Assembly (NCBI GenBank): GCA_977016875.1
Contig: CDRNST010000018.1
Location: 496,001-560,000 of the forward strand
DNA from: Pavona decussata
Taxonomy: Eukaryota
DNA length: 64,000 nt
Direction: 5' to 3'
Part shown: piece by piece, positions 25,213-35,700 of the stretch
Layout: every line of letters starts with the position of its first letter
Numbering within the stretch: the first letter of the stretch is position 1
The notes under the pieces: generated by a model
The model's database searches: none
Seen by the model: the letters and a program-made list of their open reading frames with translations, nothing else
Told to the model about the DNA's origin: nothing
Position numbers and translations under genes: made by a program

Positions 25213-25427
25213 ATACTTCCCAGTCTAACCTAACCCTAACCTTGCCCGTGCACCTTTTCAGGCAGTTGTTGACAGTTTGTGGTTCAAACAAGTTTCCCGC
25301 GGTTTCCATTTACCTGGTCAACCTCGTTCTCAGGGCAAAACAAAGGAAATCGATCACTACCATGAAAGCAGCCATTTCTGCACACAATACAATTAGCATG
25401 AAAGAAAATAAAATAAAATAAACATAT

Positions 25428-25672
25428 GGGCCCAGTTATTCAAAGCCCGATTGAGCTAATCCCGGATTAACGCGAACTTTAATGGCGAGTTTAATTAATA
25501 GTTAATTAAGATTCTCCCAAAACTGAGATTTTTGTCCGTCAGTTTTGCCTTAGACTTTTTTTAACCTTAAGCTCGAAATTAGCCTTTCAAACCATTTTAA
25601 ACGAGAGAGATGAAAACCTCGATTAACTTTCAATCGTGGATTTGCGTTAATCGACTTTCGAACAACCGGGCC
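25428..25672. mobile_element. GGCCC-terminus MITE (PIF/Harbinger-like); copies at 36276-36507, 39936-40575, 46211-46410
   Basis: TIRs GGCCC(A/G)GTT(A/G)TTC(A/G)AAAG...CTTTCGAACAACCGGGCC. A CAG target duplication is seen around the 39936 copy. Confidence 0.8.
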
Positions 25673-25739
25673 ATGGTCTATTTTGTTTCAGCCGAGCACC
25701 GTTATACTACAACCAAGAAGACAAAGTATAGGACTGGAT

Positions 25740-26370
25740 GAAAGAGGGAAAATAAAACTCAAATCCCAAAGACTATGAAACTAGAAATCGTGGAGAAATG
25801 TCGTCCTTAATACAACCATCCTTACCTACGACACTTTTCCATCTACCGTGTCTCTGGAAAACTCTATCACTAACACCGCGCGCTGCTGGCAGCCCTAGAG
25901 GCTCCTCCTGACTGAAAGGAGTGAGTCCCGTAAACAGAGGCATCCGGAACTATATTCTGTAGAATTTGGCTAACTGACCCGTACAAGAGAGGCGTATAAT
26001 CTTCAACCAACTTGTAAGACAATTTAGTTTTAACTAACGGTCGGAGATATATTTTCTGGAGGGATAGCCTGTGTAGCAGGCGCATGAAAAATACAGGTCG
26101 CGCGAGCCACGTGCGTGAGAGATAGACCTCGGGTGTCTCACTCCCTCGCGCTCCAGTGACCACGCTTTTTTTCGCTCTCTGTATATTTTTCACGCGCCTG
26201 CCACGCAACTTGAATAAGCTTCCAGTTTAATAGAAAACCGGGCAAACACCACCCTTTGATTCGGCAATAACGACCTCATTCCCTTGTCTAAGCTGGTCGG
26301 TCTCGCTTTTTTCTACTTTGATAAAAGGCAAGTTACCCTCATGTAACAGAATATGATTCTCATACGTGAA
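25740..26370 (-). mobile_element. DIRS-type tyrosine recombinase C-terminal fragment
   Basis: KVEKSETDQLRQGNEVVIAES...CPV; YGTHSFQSGGASRAA...FQRHGRWKS...KDG.IKDD. These are the SKTD, HSxRxGGA and HGRW motifs of DIRS YRs, degenerate here. Confidence 0.8.
26064..26210. mobile_element. TAGCCTG-terminus palindromic MITE inserted in the YR fragment
   Basis: TAGCCTGTGTAGCAGGCGCATGAAAAATAC...GTATATTTTTCACGCGCCTGCCACGCAACT. Relatives at 51778-51997 and ~54500-54618. Confidence 0.75.
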
Positions 26371-26528
26371 AACAGGAGCCATAATTAGGGATGGAGACCG
26401 CAACGAGATGCCATTTTGACTTACGGACTTGTCCCCATGCGGGTGTTGTACCAAAAAATCTATTTTTAGAAAAAAAATATTCGTTAGAAATTAGAAAAAA
26501 TTGCGCCATTTCGTGTGCTACACGTGCG

Positions 26529-26571
26529 CAATCTCGTACCCAGAGTCTTCAGGCTTTTTGGTGCGAGATTG
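26529..26571. mobile_element. 43-bp micro-MITE with 8-bp target-site duplication
   Basis: CACGTGCG|CAATCTCGTACC...GGTGCGAGATTG|CACGTGCG. Confidence 0.85.
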
Positions 26572-26599
26572 CACGTGCGTAACTTCTGCGTTCTTCTCC

Positions 26600-27537
26600 G
26601 TTTCCCTTTCAAGTTTGAAGCAAGCGTTTGCTCAGAATTATATTCACTCAGACTCAGAAAGTGGGGAATTTAGCAGTAGTTCGGATGGAATAGTGACGAT
26701 TTTTCCGACGAATCAAGTAGCGAAGACGCATCTGAAACGTCGTCGTATGACGAATCTCCTGAGGGATCTTCGAGCAGGAAGAAAAAAGTTTTGCGCAAAA
26801 AAAAGGAGGACGGTAAATGCCGGGGGGGAATAAACCGGATGATGGATCTAGGAGTAAGAAGAAAACAACTGCTAACAAATATATCTCTGTGGAGGAAGTT
26901 GAGAGGATCAAAGAAACCCTAAAAACTTGTATAAAAAATATAAGTTACATACGCAGTGCGAACAAAGCTTGAGGGATGATAAATCGTTGTCAATTTATCC
27001 AGTGTGCAAGCAATTTTTGCACCTCATCCAGAATTTTGAGCCAGCCTCAAATTGCTCGGAAATGTTTGTCGGGAAATGTTTTCGAAAATCATTTCCAAGT
27101 TTACTGAAGTGGCCGACAGGAAGGTCAAATATTGTGAAAAGCGGGTGTCACTTTCCATACAAAGTTCTCGACTTCTTCTTGATGTTGAAAACTGGAGAGA
27201 AATTAGAGATGCCTTTGGCGCCACCTTGGAAGAAAAAAAAAGACATCAAGTGGGTATTCATGCGACTGCGGTGCTAAATGCAACATAATGGACAATTTAC
27301 GGAAACTTTCATGTGGCGGTACTGCAAATTAAGATCGAGAAAGCGAAAAGCCAACCCACTGCAGACGCAGTTGTCGCCTCCGACATTGTGGACATGGCAA
27401 GAATTTCGGGCGCAGCCGTACATCAACTACGTAAAGGCAGGGGAAAAGTTATCTTCAGGTGTAAAGGGGCAAGGAAAGTATCAGAATCGACGAAGGATAA
27501 TTATGCAGTTGAAGCTCTAGAAAATTTTTACAGGAAA
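26600..27537 (+). pseudogene. Frameshifted exon of an unknown gene (acidic Ser-rich tract, basic NLS-like patch, helical domain)
   Basis: SDSESGEFSSSS/SDDFSDESSSEDASETSSYDESPEGSSSRKKKVLRKKK...ASDIVDMARISGAAVHQLRK...ENFYRK followed by a GTGAGT donor at 27538. Confidence 0.55.
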
Positions 27538-27581
27538 GTGAGTACTTCAAATGTTCAATAATAACTTGAGATAGCACTAAC

Positions 27582-27855
27582 ATGATGGAATGACTTTCCA
27601 GTACGTCTGCCAGGTTCTTCAACAGCTCTTCTGCATCCTTCGCATATAACCTCATCTTCATCGATCGCTTTAACCATCTTGAAACAAGACTCAAAGTCAT
27701 TTATGTATGCTTTAACTTTTTGAAAGTTGTTCAGTTGTGACTTTCTTCTGCACACCACACAACCATTTTTGGACTTTCTGACGCTTTCACCCAAGTTACC
27801 AAGGGAAAAAATTACAAGAATGACAAAGAAAATTTCTTTCAAATACTCGTACCAT
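27582..27855 (-). pseudogene. FAM60A/SINHCAF-like zinc-binding domain exon (partial gene)
   Basis: GCVVCRRKSQLNNFQKVKAYINDFESCF...ICEGCRRAV...SFHH aligns to the SINHCAF N-terminus as recalled (GCCICRAKSSSSRFTDSKRYEKDFQSCF...ICNAC...NWNH). ACAATG|GTACGA at 27855; GTTAGT donor at 27581. Confidence 0.6.
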
Positions 27856-29587
27856 TGTTGAATCTTCTGCCTTTTTTGCCTTACTTCTCCAGCGCGTCTA
27901 TTCGAAAACTGGCGGGAACCAGGCGCGTGCGCGTACGCGTTTTCCGTTTTTCCAGAATGTTTGTAATTTGCTTTAATTTTTTTTTGTCTTGTCCCGCCTC
28001 GACTAGCTTTGTGGCTATTTGCGGGGCAAGCCCTTTATATAATCTAAATCTGTAAATAAATTGTTGTTGTTGTTGTTGACCTGGCTCGACTGTAAATAAA
28101 GTTATTTAATGAAATTGAATTAATTAATTAATTAAATTAATTAGTTAAAAATAACCCAGCTTTAAAGTCAATAAATGGAGGGGGAGTTATAGAGATGGAG
28201 TGGAGGGCTAAATTAAAAATTTGGGGGGGGGGGGGGAGGGGCGGCTTTAACACAGAGGGGGTAGATGGACTTAATTTTTTGTTGGTTTTTCTATGGAAGG
28301 ATGCGAGTGAACTGCCTGCGAGTATAAAACTGTGAACTTTAGCTGCTTCCCGTTCTATAAACTGAAGTGTTTGCGAAATTAGGAGATTGAATGGGTAACA
28401 TTTCCTTAGCGTTTTTATATCTGATGGGATCTGGCCCGTGCGCAGTGCTATCTCATGTGATCTCCCTCTCTCAGAGCTCTTCGATTCCCTTTTGCGCATG
28501 ACTGGCGGGAAGGGGTATGACATTGTCAAAGCCGAGCGGCTCTGAGGTCGAGAATATACTTCCTCTCAAAGTCGCTTCATAGAAGAAAGTGTTATATTTC
28601 ATTTTCTAAATAAATTTTCGCCCGAGTAAATGGAAAAAATTTGTCGGCACGTAAGAGACCCTGCTTATGTGCTTTTAAGGATCAGTTTGGACGTCAAACT
28701 TTTCATGAGCCGAACATAAAAGTTTGAACTCGTAAGCACATGAGAAGTTAGCGATTCGACGTCTGGATCAATTGAGACACAGCTATTCGGTGAATTTGGA
28801 ACAGCTCAGCCGGGAATTTCGGCTTTGGAATGCCTTTGGAACGGCTCGGTGTTTTTCAGATGTCGAGCTTTTTATGAGCTGAACCTAATGCAAGAATTAC
28901 ATGTATTTCTGAATATAACAGCGCTAGTGATTGTCTGAAAACTCTTAGTGTGATTTAGGAGATTGGTCACGCATAAACCTTTCAGTAGAAGTCAAAACAG
29001 AACTGGGCTACATAAAACGTTTACTTCCAAGCTCGTCTTGAAATGCTTAATTCTGAAAACAGTTAACTCGCTTTGGCCTTCCTTATGAATAATTAATCAG
29101 AACGGGAAAAAGTGTAGAAAAGCGAAATTTATTGGATAAGTTTTTCCGAAATTTGAGGAATGAATTTGGAATATTTTTTTCTAAAGGCAAAGGAAATGTT
29201 TGGATAATTTTCTTTCACCACTCACGCACTTAGTTGATACTAAAACACGTCCGCACCAAAACTGCTGCAATTTTATCCCTCTTTTTTGAAGGCGGCGGAT
29301 GAAACACCATAATTGACCCAAAACCAGCAGATGGCGATTGAAAATACAATTTGTAGGTCACAGCATCAGTCTACCTCACAGACAATGAATTTATTTTTAA
29401 CCCATCATCATCCATTATCATCTATTAGTGTGGCCAAAAAGTTGCGACGTGTACTGACTAAGCTTCAACTTTATTAAAATGCACCTGGTAATATGTAAAT
29501 TACAAATAGGACGAAACTAAAATCGTTTACTTAAAATGTCAATATCAGACGCTGCTCTAGTGTCAAATTGAATAAGCAAACTGAAAC

Positions 29588-30592
29588 ATGCAGCGTTTTT
29601 CTAACTTCACAAACGGTAACCCCAGGGTCTCTAATCACTCACAAGCCGCAGCAATGAATTGCGATGAAAAATTACAGCAGATATTCTGGATCGTGAACGG
29701 ATTCACCGCTTTAATCATTTTGGCGGGAAACTCTCTGACGTGCGTGATCTTTCTGTCCATAAAGCAGTTTCGACAGCAACACATGAACATTTTTCTTGTC
29801 AGCCTCGCGGTCAGCGACATTTTAATGGCGGTGATGGTGGTACCCGGTTACGCGGCCTTTTGCGCTGTCGGTTGCTCGTACCTCTCATCCGACACTTGCT
29901 GGATTTTGGCGCGAACCAAAGACATCGTTTTTAGTTCCACCCTTTTCAGCTTGTTAGCCATCACCTATGATAGATACCTGGCTGTTTTGTGCCCCTTGCA
30001 ATACTGTAGCAAAATGACACGCCGTAAAGTCACTTGCATCATTGTCGCGATCTGGATTCTTCCCGTCATTATTGCAACCGCGCGAAACATTTGGTGGTTG
30101 ACCCAACCAGAAGACAAAGCAAAGAAGATCAATCAAGTATACAACGTAATCTTAGTGTTTTTACTCGTCGTGGTACCCGCATTTATCATGACTCTTGTAA
30201 ACGCCCTCATCTTTCGTGCTATTCAAACGCAAAGACGAAAAACAGTGCTCTTGAGACAAATTAATTCGACGATAAACCAGGACCGTGGCGGGGACGATTC
30301 CATCCATCCTGACTCCACTTCTTGTGGTGAGACGCGTTCAGAAAATACCAGAAAACGCAGAGGATCTACCGCTTGTGTGGCGGTTGTGTTAGTTTTTGTG
30401 TTGTCGTGGATTCCCCGTTCAGTTTACAACTTCGCTTTTGTGTTGGGTCGTGCAGACCTTGTAACCCCACTCCTGGTCAAGTTGTCCATGTTTTTTCTAC
30501 TAATGCAGTCGTGCATAAATCCATTCATTTATTCATTTTATAGAGCGGAGTTTCGGCAAGCGGTCAAGCGGATACTCAAATGCAGTCGATAG
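29588..30592 (+). CDS. Single-exon rhodopsin-class (class A) G-protein-coupled receptor, orphan
   Basis: Intact 334-aa ORF with 7 hydrophobic segments and class A motifs: GN (TM1), SLAVSD (TM2), C3.25 and DRY (TM3), W-x-x-P (TM4), SWIP (TM6), NPFIY (TM7), helix 8 EFRQAVKRIL. N-terminal N-glycosylation sequons. Confidence 0.95.
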   Translation: MQRFSNFTNGNPRVSNHSQAAAMNCDEKLQQIFWIVNGFTALIILAGNSLTCVIFLSIKQFRQQHMNIFLVSLAVSDILMAVMVVPGYAAFCAVGCSYLSSDTCWILARTKDIVFSSTLFSLLAITYDRYLAVLCPLQYCSKMTRRKVTCIIVAIWILPVIIATARNIWWLTQPEDKAKKINQVYNVILVFLLVVVPAFIMTLVNALIFRAIQTQRRKTVLLRQINSTINQDRGGDDSIHPDSTSCGETRSENTRKRRGSTACVAVVLVFVLSWIPRSVYNFAFVLGRADLVTPLLVKLSMFFLLMQSCINPFIYSFYRAEFRQAVKRILKCSR

Positions 30593-31379
30593 ACTTTGAA
30601 GTGGCGCTAATTCGGAGCAGCTGGCAACTTGCTTGGTTTCTTTGTTTTGTTTGTATTTTTTTTCTAAGCACTTAACCTTTTGACTGTACTGTTTTGACGA
30701 TGTCAACAAAGCTTATTTTCTTTGCTAGCATGGTATAGTCAGGGAAGTTACAATCAAGCTGTTTTTAAAAGTCCTTTAGCAACTGAACGTTATTTATTTT
30801 GTCATGATCATTACGAAAAAGGCAAATCCCAATTCCCTCCTGCATTTTATACTCAGTTCCAGTCAGCGGCCGCATACACGTTTTATTTAAAGTGTTTTCA
30901 ACGATTTCCTCAGGGCAATATAATTCCATTTTTGAGGTTAAAGACTCACCACATCCAGGATGTGTCACAAATGTTGGGAAATCGTTTAACGATGGCGCAA
31001 GCTCTCCGACCACCTTTATCTTCAGCACTCTCATTCACAAGTGTCGATGAGCGCACCAAAAATTTGACAGTTATTGTAAAAACTTCCTTTCAGTTTAGGT
31101 TTTGTCAGAAACTCTAATTCATAGTCGGGTATTTTAAAGAACCAGGAGAGCTAATCAGAATGTACTACCCTGTACTATAGTAAATGCACTCGTGCGGCGA
31201 GTGTGTAGCAAAAAATTTACATCACGATGTTCGCAGCTATTTCAATTAATCAATAAGGGTAAACTGATTAAGGCATTATAGATTTGTATCGCAATATTTG
31301 TAGAAAGGGTCAGGGGTGTAGCCCCCTTTAAGCTTACAAACTTTTCTTGGTATATTTATTGCGCGAATTTTTCATTGAA

Positions 31380-31750
31380 CTAGTCTTTTGGCAGAAAAGA
31401 CGAAGGGAGCAGCATTAGCTGAAAAGTTCATGAACACCCTTACTGAGTTTGGAATTGACACCCATAAAATGCGAATACATGAATATGACGGTGCTGCAAA
31501 TACGTCAGGAGTACACAGGACAACAGGTACCAGAGGCAGTGTACTGCTATTGTAAGGCGCACTTCCGTATATCTTGCCATTGGTCATGCGTGTGAGCAAC
31601 CCTTGATACGCAATATGAAACCGCCGCGTCTGTGTTTGACTTTTTGGCAAACCGACTACTGACTTTTCAGGAGTTTCTCTATCAGAATGCCCAAGTAAGA
31701 CATGGATAGGCGTACAAAGCTACAAACTTTGTGTAAGAGAAGATGGCCGG
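31380..31750 (+). mobile_element. hAT-superfamily transposase fragment
   Basis: GAALAEKFMNTLTEFGIDTHKMRIHEYDGAANTSGVH; YCKAH...LAIGHAC; RRTKLQTLC...RW. These are the YDGAxxMSG, CxxH and TRW motifs of hAT/ZMYM1-type transposases. Confidence 0.75.
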
Positions 31751-32775
31751 CGCCGAAAAAAGCGCGCGAAAAATTTTGGCTGACCGGAAGTGAAATTGCA
31801 CTTGGGTAGCAACCGTGTAGCCTAGCAACGAGATACTTCAATAGGCCCTTAAAAAAGAAGTGATTTATTGAATTGTTAATGTTGTTTTTTTTACATATAC
31901 AGCAATAATGAATTATTCTTACTGATCCTTATAATATCTAAACATTTCAACTAATTATAAAATGTTTTACATTGTGACTCTGTTTTTCTTTTAATAATAA
32001 CTTATACAATGAAAATTTCAAGTTAACCTTGCTCTGCATCTGATTATGACTCCTGATGAAGAACGGGAAAAAACCCCTGATAAGTTATATCCAAGCCACG
32101 GTCACGGTAGTGATTTTCTTTGTTTTCTCTTAATGAATTATGAATGAGTTTGAGGGTGAATGAACTAACATCGCCTTTATAGAAGCTATCATACTTTTTT
32201 CTTGGCGATCCACCACTCCCAATCTTAATAACATTGTCCTCCTCCATGATCGAAGGATAGATTGAAAGAAGCGACTTAAAAATATATAACGCAAGCCAAG
32301 AGAGGTGTCGGCCTAGAATGATTTTCCACGAGATACACATCTCTTATAATAACAGTCCCCCTTCTACTCATGCTGCTCTTCAACTGAACTAGCCCCAGTC
32401 CCCACTGCTCTGATGCTACTAATTCATGTACACTCACACGCCAGAAATTCCATTTGTCCACGGCCAAGTGTGGTATAGAGCAGAGAGAAAAAGCAAAAAG
32501 CAACAACGAGGAACACCTGTTCTCTTTAAATATTGCCCCGATAGCCACGTAGCCTTTCTTCATAAAGGACAAATAAGAGAGTCAGCTTTATACTGCAAAC
32601 AGGAAACTTACAATGTCTTGGATTTCTTCGCTTCTCAGGATGAACTGGGATCCGATAGAGGAAAAAGTAGAATCTGAAAAAACAAACAAACAAGCAAACA
32701 AAAAAATCTCACTGAAGCAATCGCGCGCGCTTTCGGTATCGTTCCCAGTCTTCTCTCAGTCCTTTGACATCGAAC

Positions 32776-35700
32776 ATGGACTTCAGTAATGTTGTTGTTT
32801 GGTTCCTTGCAACGTTTTCGATCAGTTCTTCCTACTGTAAGGAAACTGGTGATAAAAGCATTGAAAGTCATAAAAAGGGAGACTCTTTCTTTTCACAACG
32901 TGATGAATCTGACTCACAGACATGTAGAAAACATGGAAATTGCGAGGTAAGATTATAAGCAAAACACGGCTGCATGAAATTCATGGAAACAGCTCAGAAA
33001 CAACCAAACTAAAGTTTGTCAACTTGAAGATTTGCTTTTTTCTCCTATCTCGTAGTCAAATCGTGGATGTTTGCTTTGAATGACAAAGTTCTTATGTAAA
33101 AGATTCGACTGACTAGCTAAAGCTGGGTAATCGTACGTTGTTAAATCTTGTAGAATTGACGTGGTAAATCTTATTGATAAGCTGAAGTATATATACTAGT
33201 TAAGCTTAATTTTATTACACATTTCCTGAAAGTTGTATTAAGGATCAAACTTTGTTGAAAGACTTAATATTATTTCAGTGTGTTACCTGGCTGATTAAAC
33301 TTCTCTGCTAACTAAACTTAAACTTTGTTAACCTTAAGCTATCCACTGTCATTCAGCCAGGTGTTTAGTCTATTTAACACTGGGGCTTATAAATAATTAA
33401 TTAGTACCTACGTGGATGCTTTATTTTGAGTTCATCCTTGCATTTTATTACATGGAATGCCCTGCAGGGCAGGCCGTGTCTAGGTTTAGGTTGGGTATTT
33501 TTTTTTCTTCGTCGTAGCCACAAATGACTGCACATTAATTTATTGATTAAAATATGTCCTCCCCTAGTAGGGATGTATTGTTCCGATTGTCTTTAACAGA
33601 AGCGGCCCAAATAAAATATATTATTTAGGCACATATCACGAGAGAGGGGACCCATTCATCCCTTCCTGTATGTCGTCAAATCATCTGATTTATTCATTAA
33701 ACCTACATTAAATTCTGCCCTCTCCCAGAAGGGATCTTAATTGTTCTGATTGTCTTCAACAAAAGCAGCCCAATCAAAATCCATTATCGGCGCGTATATC
33801 ACAAGGGAGGGAACCCACTCATCTCTACCTGTGTGACGTCAAAGCAAATCACCATATAGAAGGTTGTTTTCGTTCAATGGCGGCCACATGTATGAATTTT
33901 TAGACTCTGATCTGCCGTTTTCAGAAAGAAAAGAAACGTTTTTCAAGCGGTAAATCGAAATAATAACTTCTAAGTAGTATTCGGCGGTTCAAACGGCGGA
34001 AATTAGAAGAGTTCACAGCGAAGAAACAACGCTTTCACAAACAGATGAAATAATTCAACGCGGAGGAAACCAGACCAGTTCAAGTGGGGGTTATGACGCT
34101 ATCGTAGAGTTATTTCGGGTATGATTCCCAGTAACACAACAACAAAAATATCACGCATTCTCTCTGAATTAAACCATTCAATTATTTTAATTGCGAAGGG
34201 AGGATGGTTTTTAAAAATCTGCGAAGCATACAATGGGGAATAAATGGGGCTACATTAAGCATTTCGTGTAAATGCCGATTAAGGGCATCTTGTTAGGACT
34301 ACGAATACTTCTCAGAAGTTGGCAAGGTCTGGATCGCAGTATGGACCAACTTAACTGTCAAATGTATTAACGTTTTGATGGCATGTATCAGGTCTCAATG
34401 ACCCTTTGGAAACAAAACATGATAACTGGGGCAGTCATCCAGGAATTTTTGATAAGGGGAGAGAGAGAGGTGAGGGGAGGGTGATCCAAACTAAATAACT
34501 AGTAAATACTGTAGAAACTGACTGTTCACAGCTAATACTTTCAGGTCTACTTCAAATATCACAGAGTTTTATTCATACAGGACACACACAACTTTGAAAC
34601 ATTTTTTCTCTCGTGCTTGGTAAATTATAAACTACAGTCGGTAACTGCCCTTGTGGCCAGTTAGTACAGTGTAGTTTTAACACATTAATCTAGTTATTGA
34701 TTGATTTCTGGCATAAAGGTGGCCGAACACAGTTTTTGCGCGCGCTTTGCAGATTCTGTTAGTGATGCTATTAAGCGCGGGCTAGGGTTGTGGTACGCTT
34801 ATACGGCGGTCGATAAAGTGATCCTTCAATTTCACATGAATTGGATAATAAAGTTAAGTTTTGATCTTAAACAACTAAGTTTCTCATTTCTGGACACTTT
34901 TTCTTTTCTTTCCGAGCAAAAAAAACTTTTCACTAAGACATTATGCCTGCTTTCATCTTTGCCACGAAACCCAATTAAGGCCACGCATGCGCATTAGACC
35001 CAAAAATTGTGACTGGTAGTTTTCGTGGAAATGAACTGTTTTCTAAGGAACCGCTCATTAGAATTTGGTGACATTTGGCATGAAAATAGTTCCCTAAAAG
35101 CATAACTTGTCTACAAAGAGAAACTGAAATCTAACAGAGGGTAACTTCACAAAACATTTAAATGCAAAATTGATATTTACAGGAGATCTCTCTGTTTAAA
35201 TTACATGAAAGTAGTGCAACTGTGTCAGTGTTTTGTGAGTTTTTTTAAATACAAAAAATGGAAAAAATCTAATGAGTTCATTTTCTAAAAATAAAGGAAA
35301 CCTACTATTTATGGACGTTTAATATTTCTCTGCGTTGCCATGGAAATGGTACTAAGCTCAGAAAGATGTACAAAAACACATTCCTTCTTAGTTAGACTTA
35401 CCCCATACCAATTTTGGGCGTCCAGAAGTACATAGTTTCCTGTACACTAAAAAACTGTATTCGGCCACCTTAAATCCCTAAAAATTTCATTTGATAAGAA
35501 TTTATTTCCAAAATTCAGACAGAATATCCTAAGCAACCTAGAAGGTTGTAAAAAAAATAACTGCAAGGACCAAGTCTAACATTTTTCTATGAAGATTCTA
35601 CCATTACATTGTAAAATAAATTTAGTTAATTCCTTTCATTTTATACAGGACCCTAGTAAAACACATCAATGTTGGGGGTACGAGGCAGGCTGCACATCAC

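Noticed and set aside
19400-28000. A RAG1/RAG2-like (ProtoRAG) transposon, suggested by PHD-like and C2-C2 zinc remnants
   Set aside because: No RAG1 catalytic core, kelch repeats or CAC-heptamer TIR pair could be found by eye.
29588-30592. Opsin or bona fide aminergic receptor
   Set aside because: No Lys at 7.43 (Leu) and no Asp at 3.32 (Lys).
30722-31117. 131-aa ORF downstream of the GPCR
   Set aside because: Non-ATG start, no motifs; most likely 3' UTR or intergenic.
32044-32677. Short ORFs upstream of EOGT (e.g. 32426-32677, 32044-32340)
   Set aside because: No recognisable motifs, one runs into a repeat fragment, and there is no consistent splice structure. A decayed gene cannot be excluded.
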